A stretch of 64,000 nt of DNA. It comes from Amoebidium appalachense. Lineage: Eukaryota; Protista; Ichthyosporea. Location: NCBI GenBank assembly GCA_963693365.1, contig CAVNZM010000005.1, positions 10,024,334 to 10,088,333 of the forward strand. The letters run 5' to 3'. How positions within the stretch are numbered: position 1 is the first letter of the stretch; every line of letters starts with the position of its first letter. The position numbers were made by a program, and so were the translations under genes. The notes beneath the pieces were generated by a model. That model did no database searches and had not been told where the DNA came from. It saw only the letters and a program-made list of their open reading frames with translations. Below, in pieces: positions 13,020 through 25,315 of the stretch.

Positions 13020-14035
13020 CTCATGTGTGTGTGTGTATGCTTGTGTGCTTGTGTGTGTGGGTGTGTGGGTGTGGGTGTGGGTGGGTGGGTGTGGGTGTCA
13101 CAGTGTGTGTGTACATATCATGTGTGCGTGTGCGCGTTTGTGCTGGGTGTGTTTGTGCGTCTGTGTACGGTGTGCGTTCCCGAGTGTGTATGTGTTGTGA
13201 TGATGTCTGTGCGGTGTGTTAAATGTGGTGCTTATGTACATGTAGTGTGAAATTGAATTGATTGTGTGTCGCGTCTTGCGTTTTTGTTGCGTGTATGCAT
13301 GTGCAGCGAGTTTGTGTGTACGCGTGTTTGTGTATGTACAGTGTACGTTTAACGATCATGGAGATAGTGTTGCTGTCAACGGTTTGTACATGTGCATGTG
13401 TGCGTGTGCACATGCATGTGTTGATATCAGTGTGTGACACTGTGTGTGTGTCGAGCATGTGTGTGTGTGTGGGGGGGGGGGGGGGGGTGGGGGGGGAGTC
13501 TAAGAGGGAATGGGGGGAGGGGGGGAGGGGGGAGGGGGGAGTCTAAGAGGGAATGGGGGGGAGGGGGGGGGAGGGGGGAAGGGGGGGAGGGGGGGGGGAG
13601 GGGGGGGGGGGGGCACCGCCCCGCCGCATGTACTAATAAATTGGTTCCTCCCTGATGTTGTGTCACGGGGTGCTCACAAGTACGTGTAAGGGCAGAGACA
13701 GAGTCAGAAATTAGCTTGATAGTGTGCAATACTGATACGGTAACCTCCGATTTGTTCATCATATGCGCATAAGCACGTACAAAGCATATACACATGTGTG
13801 TAAAGACAATTTTCTGTCGCTTTTTGCTGCCAGTGTTTAAAAGTCTTTTTATCACTGCCTACTATGGCGTATACTTTGGATACCGATCGCGACGTCAAAT
13901 TTACAGTTTTGGGCCCAGTAGCCTAATCCTAACTGACATACAGACTGTGCCCATATGGCATACTTGCACAACGATGTCAAGGTGAGATTATATGCGTGTA
14001 TCCGCTCTTTTTATTCCTATGCTTTTTCTTCCTTT

Positions 14036-14066
<31 letters not shown>

Positions 14067-14513
14067 GGGGGAGGGGGGGGCAGTCATTGTCCTGATGATT
14101 CGCATATTTTTATGTATCGTTCAATGATCCCAGGGCAGGCACTTGCAGGATAAGGAAAGGCCAAGTTGAACGTACTCATATATAGTCACGAAACTTCGAT
14201 TCAACTTCAGAATTTAACTTCTCACGAGTAAGCTCGTTACTGGTATTAACCGTACACTGTGACCATCGGCTAGCCTTTTCAATTTCAACTTGACAGCAAA
14301 CCAGTGCTGCTATTTTGAATAAATAAAAAAATAAACAGAAATTATGGACTAAGGGTGCAACTGTGTTGTGGTAGCTACGAACTTATCGTTTGGCAGTTAC
14401 TGGGTGTTGAATAGCCATCATTCGACTGAGGCTTGCATCTTCTGATCAGTGCATGTGTATGTGACCGGGCTCATTTGCTACCTTGCTTCTAACGAACATC
14501 ATCATCCCCCCCA

Positions 14514-14544
<31 letters not shown>

Positions 14545-14722
14545 ATCATGGGCCCTCCCGACCCACCCCACCCTTTTGCCCGGATCCTAGGGTCCCTCCC
14601 CCCCCCCCCCCCCCCCCTCCCCACCCTCTTATTCTCCCCCATCCGGCATGGCCCCCTGTCTAGTCCAGCCCCACCCCCACAGGCCCCTCTCCCCCCCCCC
14701 CCCCTTCTTTTTCTCAACTTCA

Positions 14723-14759
<37 letters not shown>

Positions 14760-14991
14760 ACACACACACACCCTAAATAACCCCCTCTTCCCCAGCTCGG
14801 AGCATCTTTTACAAGCACTCGACAGTTCATATTTGCTAAGTCAGGCTTGAGGAGAGAGGGGGGAGGGGGAGGGGGGGATATGGAGAGGCTGAGAGAGAGA
14901 CACACACACCCGGGGAGAGACAGAGCCTCGGGGGGGGGGGGGGGGTGGGGAGAGGGGGTAAGAGGGGGGGGGGGGGGGGGGGGGGGGAGAG

Positions 14992-15049
<58 letters not shown>

Positions 15050-15143
15050 ATCAAAGAGCTGAGAGTGAGAGAGAGAGAGTTGAAGAGAGAGGGGACGAGA
15101 CAAAGAAGGCCTCAGTTGGAGTGTGAGAGATGGTGAGAGAAAT

Positions 15144-15213
<70 letters not shown>

Positions 15214-15535
15214 TGTGCATGTGTGTGTGTGTGTGTGTGCACGTGTGTGTGTGGTGTGTGTGCGTGTATGTGTTGTGTGCGTAGGTGTGTGTGTGTGTGT
15301 ACAGTGTGTGCTTTTAGGCAGAGAGAGGGGCTCTCGGAGTCTCAATCGTAGTGAGCCTCGGGGAGAGAGAGAAAGAGAAAGAAAGGGAGGGAGGTGGGCG
15401 GGGCGCAGGGGGGAGAGAGAGAGAGAGAGAGCCTCGGGGGAGAGAGAGAGAGAGAGAGGGAGAGAGAGACTGTGTACGTGTACTTGTGCGCGCGCGAGCG
15501 TGTACGTGTGGGTGTGTGTATATGTGTTTGTATTC

Positions 15536-15850
15536 TAAGCTATGTATCAAGAGTGTGTGTGTGTGTGTAAATTTTGTGTGGTTGTATGTATGTGTGTCTG
15601 TGTGTATGTGTGCACATGTGTCGTAATATGTATGTGTGTATACTATTTTTTGTGTGTGTGTATGTGTGTGCATGTGTGTGTGTGTGTGTGTGTCACAGTG
15701 TGTGTGTGTGTGTGTGTGTATGTGTGTAAGCTATGTATCAAGAGTGTGCGTGTGTGCGTAAATATTGTGTGGCTGTATGTCATGATGTGTGTCTGTGCAT
15801 ATGTGTGCACATGTGTCGCTATATGTATGTGTGTATATGTTTGTGCGCAT
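15536..15850. repeat. Imperfect tandem duplication of about 190 bp within a TG-rich tract
   Basis: TAAGCTATGTATCAAGAGTGTG...GTGTGCACATGTGTCG occurs at about 15536 and 15727. Confidence 0.65.
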
Positions 15851-15862
15851 GTGTGTGTGTGT

Positions 15863-15914
<52 letters not shown>

Positions 15915-16044
15915 ACGAGTACGCGGCGTTTGTGTTCTCTTCTACAGTGCCGCACTGTGTGTGTATCTGTGGATAGTTGGTATTGCGTGCACGTCATAGT
16001 AGTGTTGATCTTCCTTTTTATTGGAATTCGGTAATGCACGAGTT

Positions 16045-16382
16045 TCTCACGTGATATTATATGTTTTCATGCCATACAGAGTGCATATATTATGTATTGT
16101 TCATTTCAACTCAATAAGTTGCAACAAAAGCAATGACGTCGACTGTGACGCTATAGGGCAGGCACTTCAACTTAGGAATCTATTCCATCCCTAAGCCAAA
16201 CAAGTTACGAGCATTTATGCAGTGTCGATATATCAGAGTACGTACGTAGCACCTTTAAAAGGAATATCATACGGTTCATCAAATGTAGAACCCAGTACGT
16301 CAAAGGGTTTTAAAAAGAATGAAAGTAAAATTTAAACCAAGGAGTTTCAATTAATATTAACTACTGGCTATTCCTTGGGGAC
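16045..16382 (-). pseudogene. Relic of an older, diverged POT paralogue: last 6 codons, stop and 3' flank
   Basis: Minus strand 16381-16361 reads TCC CCA AGG AAT AGC CAG TAG (SPRNSQ*), versus TCA CCG AGG AAT AGC CAT TAG (SPRNSH*) in the intact gene. Downstream blocks (e.g. GCTATAGGGCAGG, TTAGGAATC, CTCACGTGATAT) are collinear with 16615-16895. Confidence 0.75.
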
Positions 16383-16896
16383 GCACGTGCACACAAACTC
16401 CCACACACTCAATAAATACCTTTTTTATTTATTTATTTTTTTTTGGGGGGGGGGGGTGGGGGGGGGACGCATATGCGGGGACAGGGGGGGAGGGGGAAGG
16501 CATATGAAGCTTCCCTTTAGGTGCGTTGATTTGGATTGGTAAGTAATAAGAGAACTGGTTTTTGCACGTGATATTCATGTGCTTTTTTATTGTGTCTCCA
16601 GTAACCTACAGATAGCTCACGTGATATGTGATTTCCGCAGTATACACGCGTTTTAAATTAATTTAGAAAGTTGCACCACAAGCTGTCACTGTGTGATGCT
16701 ATAGGGCAGGTACTTTCCAATTCTTTAGGAATCGAACACATTAATCGCTAGATTTTCGCATCCGTTTAGCAATGATACTTTCCGCTCGTTAGACTCAGAG
16801 TCTGTAAGCTTTAAAAAGACTACCGCTTCATTTAATCATAATCCTGCATTAAAAAGATCAAAAAGAGACTATAAAACCAATTGATTTTCAAAGACA

Positions 16897-18672
16897 CTAA
16901 TGGCTATTCCTCGGTGACATAATATCGACATCTGTTGCACCGGCATCCACAGGCAGGGGCATAGCGTCGGTCTTTTTCACGTCTTCGGGGACGGCGGAGG
17001 CCGTGTCCTGGGCCAGTGCGGTGAAGTCCTTCTCTTTGTAGCTGCGGCTGACCAGCAGCACCATGGGGATGCCCACCAGCGCAATGGCCCCCCCCACGTA
17101 GTAGAACACCTCCACCTGCCCCCCCTGGTTCAGGTCGTCGTTCTTGCCCAGGTACGACCCCAGCACACGCGTGAGGCACGACGTGAAGCCGCTGGAAAGC
17201 GCCCCCGAGGACAGCACGTTGAAGGCCTGGGCGAGGGACCGGGCGCGGGGGGGGACCTGGTCGTAGCTGAAGTAGATCATGAGGGGGTTGATGAGGATCT
17301 CGGCCACGCCGACCATGGCAAAGGGCAGGAACATGATGAATGTGCTGATGTCGCTCATGGGCACGGGGTTGCGCAGCGGGTCGCCGGCGCAGTTGGAGAC
17401 GTTGTTGGGGTCGGCCGTGATGTCGAGGATGGGGGCGGCCTTGCGGGCAAACTCGATGGCTGCGGCAACCACCATGGATGCGGCCGCCACGAGGAAACCA
17501 GCAATGAGCTTCTGGTTGCGGGTGACGTGGGAGCCCTTCAGGCGGGCAATGAACGGGAACACAAGCTGCTCGAGCACGGGGGTGAATGCCACGATGGCAA
17601 TGCAGTCGGCAAGGTTGAGGAAGGCCCCGTTGAGCTGGCTGCTGCCGATCTGCAGGTTCATCTGGCAGGCCTGCACCACAAACGGGCCGGCCATCATGTT
17701 GTAGACAATCATGAAGCACACGTTGGCCACAAGCACCGTGGGCACAATCGCAAGGAAGTCCTGCGCCTCGTTCAGAGAAAGGAACCCGCTGGGGTGGTCG
17801 GGGATGCCGTCCATGAAGCTGTTGTTGGAGTGTGCATACACCAGGCACACCACGGCAGAGAACACGAGGGCAAGGGCCACATAGGAGATGGCATCGGCCT
17901 TGGCAATGAACGCAGTTGCAATCGAGAACACGAGGAACACGGTTGCAAGCATCCAACCGAGCAGGGCAATCTTTCCGCGGGTGTTTCGTTTGGCCGACTC
18001 CCAAATGTAGTAGATGGCCCCGCGGAGTGAGTCACCACCAGGCGGCTTGCGGGTGTAGCGCTTTGAGCCAGCAAGGAACACAACCAGCGCAATGAACATG
18101 CATGCAGCAGCAATCATGTAGGCAGAGAAGTAGCCGTACTCCATGGGGATGGCCGGCTCCTGGCCCGTGGTAGCGAGGGTTACGAGGTAGCCGAAGGACA
18201 CGGCGGCACCTGCGTTGATCATCATGTAGAAGTAGGAGAAGAACTGCTCCTGTTGCTTGAGCTCCTCGGGGTTGCTGGTGTCGTACTGGTCCCCACCAAA
18301 GCTGCTGATGTTGGGCTTGATGCCGCCAGAGCCCACGGCCACAAACGCAAACACACCAATGAGGTACATGTATTGGCTGTCGATGGCTGGGAACGCGGAT
18401 ATAGACGCCAGGGTCACACCTACGCAGTAGACGACGGTGAATCCCACGATGGTCTTGAAGCGGCCAAATCTGGCATCGGCCAGCCAGCCACCGAGGATGG
18501 GTGTGACGTAGGACATGACGGTAAAGGCCGAATTGATGGAAATGGCCTGGGCGCTGGGGAACCATTTTGCAAGGTGGGTACGTTGGGACCCGCTGAAGGT
18601 GTAGTAGGTGAGACGCTCCATCATCTCCACAATGAGGATGAAGATGCACACGGTCCAAAGCTTGTTCGCCAT
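16897..18672 (-). CDS. Proton-dependent oligopeptide transporter (POT/PTR2, SLC15-like), 591 aa, intronless
   Basis: Long GC3-rich ORF with ExxER motif (EMMERLTYY), PTR2 signature GGWLADARFGRFKTI, GSGGIKPNISSFGGDQ and FFSYFYMMINAG; multiple transmembrane segments. Confidence 0.96.
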   Translation of the reverse strand: MANKLWTVCIFILIVEMMERLTYYTFSGSQRTHLAKWFPSAQAISINSAFTVMSYVTPILGGWLADARFGRFKTIVGFTVVYCVGVTLASISAFPAIDSQYMYLIGVFAFVAVGSGGIKPNISSFGGDQYDTSNPEELKQQEQFFSYFYMMINAGAAVSFGYLVTLATTGQEPAIPMEYGYFSAYMIAAACMFIALVVFLAGSKRYTRKPPGGDSLRGAIYYIWESAKRNTRGKIALLGWMLATVFLVFSIATAFIAKADAISYVALALVFSAVVCLVYAHSNNSFMDGIPDHPSGFLSLNEAQDFLAIVPTVLVANVCFMIVYNMMAGPFVVQACQMNLQIGSSQLNGAFLNLADCIAIVAFTPVLEQLVFPFIARLKGSHVTRNQKLIAGFLVAAASMVVAAAIEFARKAAPILDITADPNNVSNCAGDPLRNPVPMSDISTFIMFLPFAMVGVAEILINPLMIYFSYDQVPPRARSLAQAFNVLSSGALSSGFTSCLTRVLGSYLGKNDDLNQGGQVEVFYYVGGAIALVGIPMVLLVSRSYKEKDFTALAQDTASAVPEDVKKTDAMPLPVDAGATDVDIMSPRNSH

Positions 18673-18789
18673 CTTGAATTCGAAGGTTTGCGCATGTGTA
18701 TGCCCATACGGCGGTGTATGTTTCTTGTTAAATAAAAGGTAGTGGATGTAGGTTTGCCTCTCTGAAAAAATCAGTATCGGAGGCTGTTA

Positions 18790-18975
18790 GTAAGCCAGTA
18801 GCCTTTGGTGTTGACCTTTTTTTTTTTTGGTTTGGTTTTTGAATCGAGATCTTGTCTGTTGAATTTTGGGCAATCGCTGCAGGACTGATGGAAGGACGAC
18901 GAGAGATTCCTATATATATAGAAGGCTTCCGTTTGAATAGCCAATCAAATCTATCTACCTTTATCAACCAATTAG
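18790..18975 (-). promoter_or_regulatory. Putative promoter of left POT copy (TATA at about 18911-18920, two CCAAT boxes at about 18941 and 18968)
   Basis: Same motif order as 22317-22507 upstream of the right copy. Confidence 0.5.
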
Positions 18976-18998
18976 ATCAATTTTACGTTTTGGACAGC

Positions 18999-19331
18999 CA
19001 GGGTTCGAAGGACGGTGGAGCCCATTAACGGAAGTCGAAATCCCGTATCGGAAAACCTCTTCGAAAATCGGAATGCTCCGTTGGAGAAGGCCCACCAAAA
19101 ATCGTAATCATCGCGCATCAGTAAACTAGGGCATGCTTATTTGTGCCTATATTGCATGAAAATGTAATTATAATGCATACTCAAAAACCCCTGTGGTTAT
19201 TAGAGGCCTTCCTGTGTTGGCACTTGAAGCTTTGAAGGAATAGAAGGGAACTTCAGTGCATTAATGCACAATATATATATACATTTTGTCTCCGTATTTA
19301 AAAATTCTGGGGGAGGGGAGGGGAGGGAGGG

Positions 19332-19364
<33 letters not shown>

Positions 19365-19663
19365 GAGTTGAGGCAGCAACATGGGAAGGATCAGGCAGAA
19401 ATCGAATGTTTGGGGGGGGGGAGAGGGGGGGGGGGGGGTGGGGAGGGGGAAGAAAATCAGGTTGGGTGGTTGTGTCTGTGTTTGTGTGTGTGTGAGTATT
19501 TTTCTTTGCAATTGTGTGTGTGTGTGTGTGGTGGGTATGTATGCACGGTGTGTGTGTATGGGTGTATGTGTACAGGTGTGGGTGTGTGTATTTGTGTCAG
19601 CGGTAATCGGTGTGTGTGTGTCTATGTTGTGTGCATGTGTGCACATGTGCACGTGTGTGTGTG

Positions 19664-19695
<32 letters not shown>

Positions 19696-19883
19696 CATGA
19701 CATTGTGTGTATGTGTGTGTGTGTTTTGTGTCAACGGTTATGGTGTGTGTGTATGTATGTACAGTGTGTGTATGTATGTGTGTGTGTGTGCAGAGTGGTG
19801 TGTATGTATGCAGGGTGTGTGTGTCTGTGTATGTGTGTGTACATGCCAGTGTGGGTGTGTGTGTTTGTACCAACGGTTTCTTG

Positions 19884-19918
<35 letters not shown>

Positions 19919-20645
19919 GCCACGGGGTGTGTGTGCGTGCGCCGTGTACATGGTGTGTGTGTGCAGTGTAAGTGTGTGTGTGCGTGTGTGTGTGTGTGTG
20001 TTTGTGTGTGTGGGTGGGTGGGTGGGTGCATATAGCTAGCATGTGATTGTACAGGGTGGATGCATGTGCACGTTTGTAATACAGTTATCATGATCTGAGA
20101 TAGTATGTGCCTGTGCAACGACCTAGGTCACATGATTGTGTGGTGTCACGGCTGTGTATGTATGTGCATGTGTGTCTTTGAACGGAACACAGTGGTGCAC
20201 AGTGTGTGTATCGCCTGCCATTGAAGGCGTGTGCCACTGATCGTGATACACGTGGGACCTGCACCTGGTGGCCGTCGGCTCTGAGCATCTAGATCCATTC
20301 CATGTTTAGGCCTTCCTGGGGGGGAATGGGGGGGGGGGGGGGGGGGGGGGGGGGAGGGGGAGTACTAATAGGGGGGGGGGGGGGAGGGATCCGCCTGAGA
20401 GGGGGGGGGGGGGGAGGGGAGGGGGGGTGAGGGGGGGGAGAAGGATGGGCAGCACTGGTGGAGGGAACGGTGGGCAGCGGAGGAGGGGAATTCGAAAATG
20501 GGGTTCTATTTCTGGGGGGGGGAAGTTTGAAGTGGAGGAGCCTATATATACATGCGCAGGCATGTGCATTGTATGTTCATGTGGCCATGCATGGCTATGA
20601 TGCATATGTGGTGTCACGGCTGTGTGTGTGTGGATTTGTGTGTGT

Positions 20646-20686
<41 letters not shown>

Positions 20687-20902
20687 GGTGTGTGCATAAA
20701 TGTGTTTGGTGTGACAACATGTACATGTACATGTGCTAGGCTGGCGCTGTTGTCAGGGTCTGCCATTGAACATTCTACAGGGACAGGGAGACATGTACGT
20801 ACGTGTGCAGCTTGTGTGGGTGGTGTATGCCCCGTGTATGATGAGACCTGCGAAGTCATGAGAAGCTTCCCCCGGGGGGGGGGGGGGGGGGGGGGGGGGG
20901 GC

Positions 20903-20933
<31 letters not shown>

Positions 20934-20938
20934 GGGGT

Positions 20939-20980
<42 letters not shown>

Positions 20981-21075
20981 GTGCTCTCGGACGTTCCGAT
21001 TCGGCCAGGACGATTTTCGGAACTGTGTTTTCAAATATCGGAAATTCCGATTTTTTTTCGTAACTTCGAACCCTG
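18999..21075. mobile_element. Non-autonomous hAT-like DNA transposon, about 2.08 kb
   Basis: Perfect 12-bp TIR: CAGGGTTCGAAG (18999-19010) and CTTCGAACCCTG (21064-21075). The 8-bp flanks TGGACAGC and TGGGCAAC match at 6/8, both differences being transitions. Inverted subterminal TCGGAA/CGAAAATCG motifs. Interior is microsatellite with no transposase. Confidence 0.7.
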
Positions 21076-22316
21076 TGGGCAACGTCCTCAAATCCCGGCT
21101 GAGACTGAATCGGCTGTGTACAACAATATATGCACCTTTCATTAGCTATTTAATAATACATACAATAACGCAGTAGGCAGTTAATTGTATGCAGAAATGG
21201 CTAAAAACTACTTATAAGTAGTATTTCTGGATGTTTCTATAAGCGGAGCCAACCTGTATATTGGCATTGGTTCCTTGACGTACGAAAGCACCCGGTTTGC
21301 TATTGGTCAGAAGAGAGCAGTGGAATGTTTGGGACACTCGGCACTTCGGCAGCCCGGTTGCTTCTAGATTCAAGCAGGCCACTGACTCACTGAGGCGGTT
21401 CAAAATGTCGATAAAGACCAAGAACGAAAAATTAATATTGAAAATGGCGAAGAGGAGTACATATGGTGTCGATATTGCTTTATATTTGGCTCCTCTGGGT
21501 ATCCACCTTTGAGCTATGATACTTCTGTGCGCCAGCCCTGTTTCGAACGGATCTAATCGAACATTCTGTGGAATTTCCCCCAAAATCGGGGTTCAACCGA
21601 TCATTAGTTCCCCCTTGAACGGCCATCCTCTTCTGCGGATAATGAATCGGCTCTCCCGAAGAGTAATGTTTAAAAAAATTTGAAAAACACATTATACACC
21701 TACATACGAACAAGGAATAACAGCTTTAGCACAAACTTTTGAAGGAGCAAGAAACTTCCATTACTGTCCGTCACCTTTGGTTTGATTCATCAACTTGATC
21801 TTGGTATGTTGTATGCACTTCCGCGTCCATTTCCTATTGGTTGATTTGTTTTCATCCCCCAGACCCACGCGCGGCGAAAAGTAAATAACCGCTTTTTGTA
21901 AAACAATTTCCGGCTCCCGGGTGGGGGTGGGGGGGCATATGGGAAAATGTGCACAACTCAACCCCCCAAAGACACACACAAATGCAGCACACACAAACAC
22001 ATACACACACACGCACACGCACCGCCGCCACAAATTACACACACGCATACTTGCCACACACCCTGTGGGCTGTTCAGAAACCAGGCCTGGAAATTACAGT
22101 GTTTCTAACACTTAATATACGGCAATCCTCAAAAAATACAGTAAAGATTTGGTGGTACACTATAAAAAGGCAATTAAATTTCTCGAGGCCAATTAGCGGG
22201 GGCGATCCGCCAGGTGTCAAAATACAGTAGTTCTAAAATTTAATTTCCAGCCCTCTCAGAAACGCGCGCGCTTAGCCGCAAAAGTTTTGCTGACTAGGTG
22301 GCTGGTAGCTCGATAT

Positions 22317-22510
22317 GATTGGTTGATCACTGATCGCATTATGATTGGCTAGCCGATAAAAGAACAAATTATATAAACTGCACCCCCGCGGTGGTCCTAC
22401 GAAGTTCTGCAGGCTGCAGCGTTCCCTACAGAGATCAATAGACTTCGATTCTTTTGTGCCTGCATCAACAGTACAGTAACAGTCAATACCAAAACACTAG
22501 TGGCTTAAGG
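22317..22510 (+). promoter_or_regulatory. Putative promoter of right POT copy (two ATTGG boxes, TATATAAA at about 22370)
   Basis: GATTGGTT at about 22317, GATTGGCT at about 22343, TTATATAAA, and downstream blocks similar to the left promoter. Confidence 0.5.
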
Positions 22511-22634
22511 TGTCCAATTCTTCTATTTACAAAGAAACACTCTTTTCCTCTTGCCTTGTGAGAAACTCTATCTATTAATGTATTACCGCCGCCGTATGGG
22601 CATATATACACATGCGCAAACCTTCGAATTCAAG

Positions 22635-24410
22635 ATGGCGAACAAGCTTTGGACCGTGTGCATCTTCATCCTCATTGTGGAGATGATGGAGCGTCTCACC
22701 TACTACACCTTCAGCGGGTCCCAACGTACCCACCTTGCAAAATGGTTCCCCAGCGCCCAGGCCATTTCCATCAATTCGGCCTTTACCGTCATGTCCTACG
22801 TCACACCCATCCTCGGTGGCTGGCTGGCCGATGCCAGATTTGGCCGCTTCAAGACCATCGTGGGATTCACCGTCGTCTACTGCGTAGGTGTGACCCTGGC
22901 GTCTATATCCGCGTTCCCAGCCATCGACAGCCAATACATGTACCTCATTGGTGTGTTTGCGTTTGTGGCCGTGGGCTCTGGCGGCATCAAGCCCAACATC
23001 AGCAGCTTTGGTGGGGACCAGTACGACACCAGCAACCCCGAGGAGCTCAAGCAACAGGAGCAGTTCTTCTCCTACTTCTACATGATGATCAACGCAGGTG
23101 CCGCCGTGTCCTTCGGCTACCTCGTAACCCTCGCTACCACGGGCCAGGAGCCGGCCATCCCCATGGAGTACGGCTACTTCTCTGCCTACATGATTGCTGC
23201 TGCATGCATGTTCATTGCGCTGGTTGTGTTCCTTGCTGGCTCAAAGCGCTACACCCGCAAGCCGCCTGGTGGTGACTCACTCCGCGGGGCCATCTACTAC
23301 ATTTGGGAGTCGGCCAAACGAAACACCCGCGGAAAGATTGCCCTGCTCGGTTGGATGCTTGCAACCGTGTTCCTCGTGTTCTCGATTGCAACTGCGTTCA
23401 TTGCCAAGGCCGATGCCATCTCCTATGCGGCCCTTGCCCTCGTGTTCTCTGCCGTGGTGTGCCTGGTGCATGCACACTCAACAACAGCTTCATGGACGGC
23501 ATCCCCGACCACCCCAGCGGGTTCCTTTCTCTGAACGAGGCGCAGGACTTCCTTGCGATTGTGCCCACGGTGCTTGTGGCCAACGTGTGCTTCATGATTG
23601 TCTACAACATGATGGCCGGCCCGTTTGTGGTGCAGGCCTGCCAGATGAACCTGCAGATCGGCAGCAGCCAGCTCAACGGGGCCTTCCTCAACCTTGCCGA
23701 CTGCATTGCCATCGTGGCATTCACCCCCGTGCTCGAGCAGCTTGTGTTCCCGTTCATTGCCCGCCTGAAGGGCTCCCACGTCACCCGCAACCAGAAGCTC
23801 ATTGCTGGTTTCCTCGTGGCGGCCGCATCCATGGTGGTTGCCGCAGCCATCGAGTTTGCCCGCAAGGCCGCCCCCATCCTCGACATCACGGCCGACCCCA
23901 ACAACGTCTCCAACTGCGCCGGCGACCCGCTGCGCAACCCCGTGCCCATGAGCGACATCAGCACATTCATCATGTTCCTGCCCTTTGCCATGGTCGGCGT
24001 GGCCGAGATCCTCATCAACCCCCTCATGATCTACTTCAGCTACGACCAGGTCCCCCCCCCGCGCCCGGTCCCTCGCCCAGGCCTTCAACGTGCTGTCCTC
24101 GGGGGCGCTTTCCAGCGGCTTCACGTCGTGCCTCACACGTGTGCTGGGGTCGTACCTGGGCAAGAACGACGACCTGAACCAGGGGGGGCAGGTGGAGGTG
24201 TTCTACTACGTGGGGGGGGCCATTGCGCTGGTGGGCATCCCCATGGTGCTGCTGGTCAGCCGCAGCTACAAAGAGAAGGACTTCACCGCACTGGCCCAGG
24301 ACACGGCCTCCGCCGTCCCCGAAGACGTGAAAAAGACCGACGCTATGCCCCTGCCTGTGGATGCCGGTGCAACAGATGTCGATATTATGTCACCGAGGAA
24401 TGGCCATTAG
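22635..24410 (+). pseudogene. Second POT transporter copy, nearly identical, with -1 (about 23478) and +1 (about 24052-24060) indels; pseudogene or assembly errors
   Basis: Reverse complement of 16897-18672 and the same 1776-nt span. CACTCC->CACTC and C8->C9 break the frame, giving a stop at 23534. A few substitutions (V>A, Y>H, S>G). Confidence 0.8.
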
Positions 24411-25272
24411 TGTCTTTGAAAATCAATTGGTTTTATAGTCTCTTTTTGATCTTTTTAATGCATGATTATGATTAAATGAAGCGGTAGTCTTTTTAAAGCT
24501 TACAGACTCTGAGTCTAACGAGCGGAAAGTATCATTGCTAAACGGATGCGAAAATCTAGCGATTAATGTGTTCGATTCCTAAAGAATTGGAAAGTACCTG
24601 CCCTATAGCATTACACAGTGACAGCTTGTGGTGCAACTTTCTAAATTAATTTAAAACGCGTGTATACTGCGGAAATCACATATCACGTGAGCTATCCGTA
24701 GGTTACTGGAGACACAATAAAAAAGCACATGAATATCACGTGCAAAAACCAGTTCTCTTATTACTTACCAATCCAAATCAACGCACTTAAACTTTGGAAG
24801 CTTCATATGCCTTCCCCCTCCCCCCTGTCCCCGCATATGCCTCCCCCCCCCCCTCCCCCCCCCCCCCCCCCCCCCCAAAAAAAGGTATTTATTGAGTGTG
24901 TGGGAGTTTGTGTGCACGTGCAGGATACTATAAAACCATGTGACTACGGCACCTCGGATGCTATGCTGAGACAAATGATAAGCTTTCTGCCTATGCTCAC
25001 AACTTCACATGTGTGCGCGCGCCCACAAGCACACACACACACACACACACTATAATACACAATCATTCAAACACACACAGATATTGGGTTCCACACACTC
25101 GCATACATCTACGACTGCACTGAAACACAATACGTGCGCGTGTCAACACAGACACAATACACGCAGACGCACACACATCCACACACACGGACACGCACAC
25201 ACACACACCGTGACATGTACATATGATAGTATATATGATACTATGGCACACGTACTACGTGTGCTCGCGCAG

Positions 25273-25315
<43 letters not shown>

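Noticed and set aside
16904-18735. Long alternative-frame and antisense ORFs over the POT genes
   Set aside because: Expected shadows of GC3-rich coding sequence.
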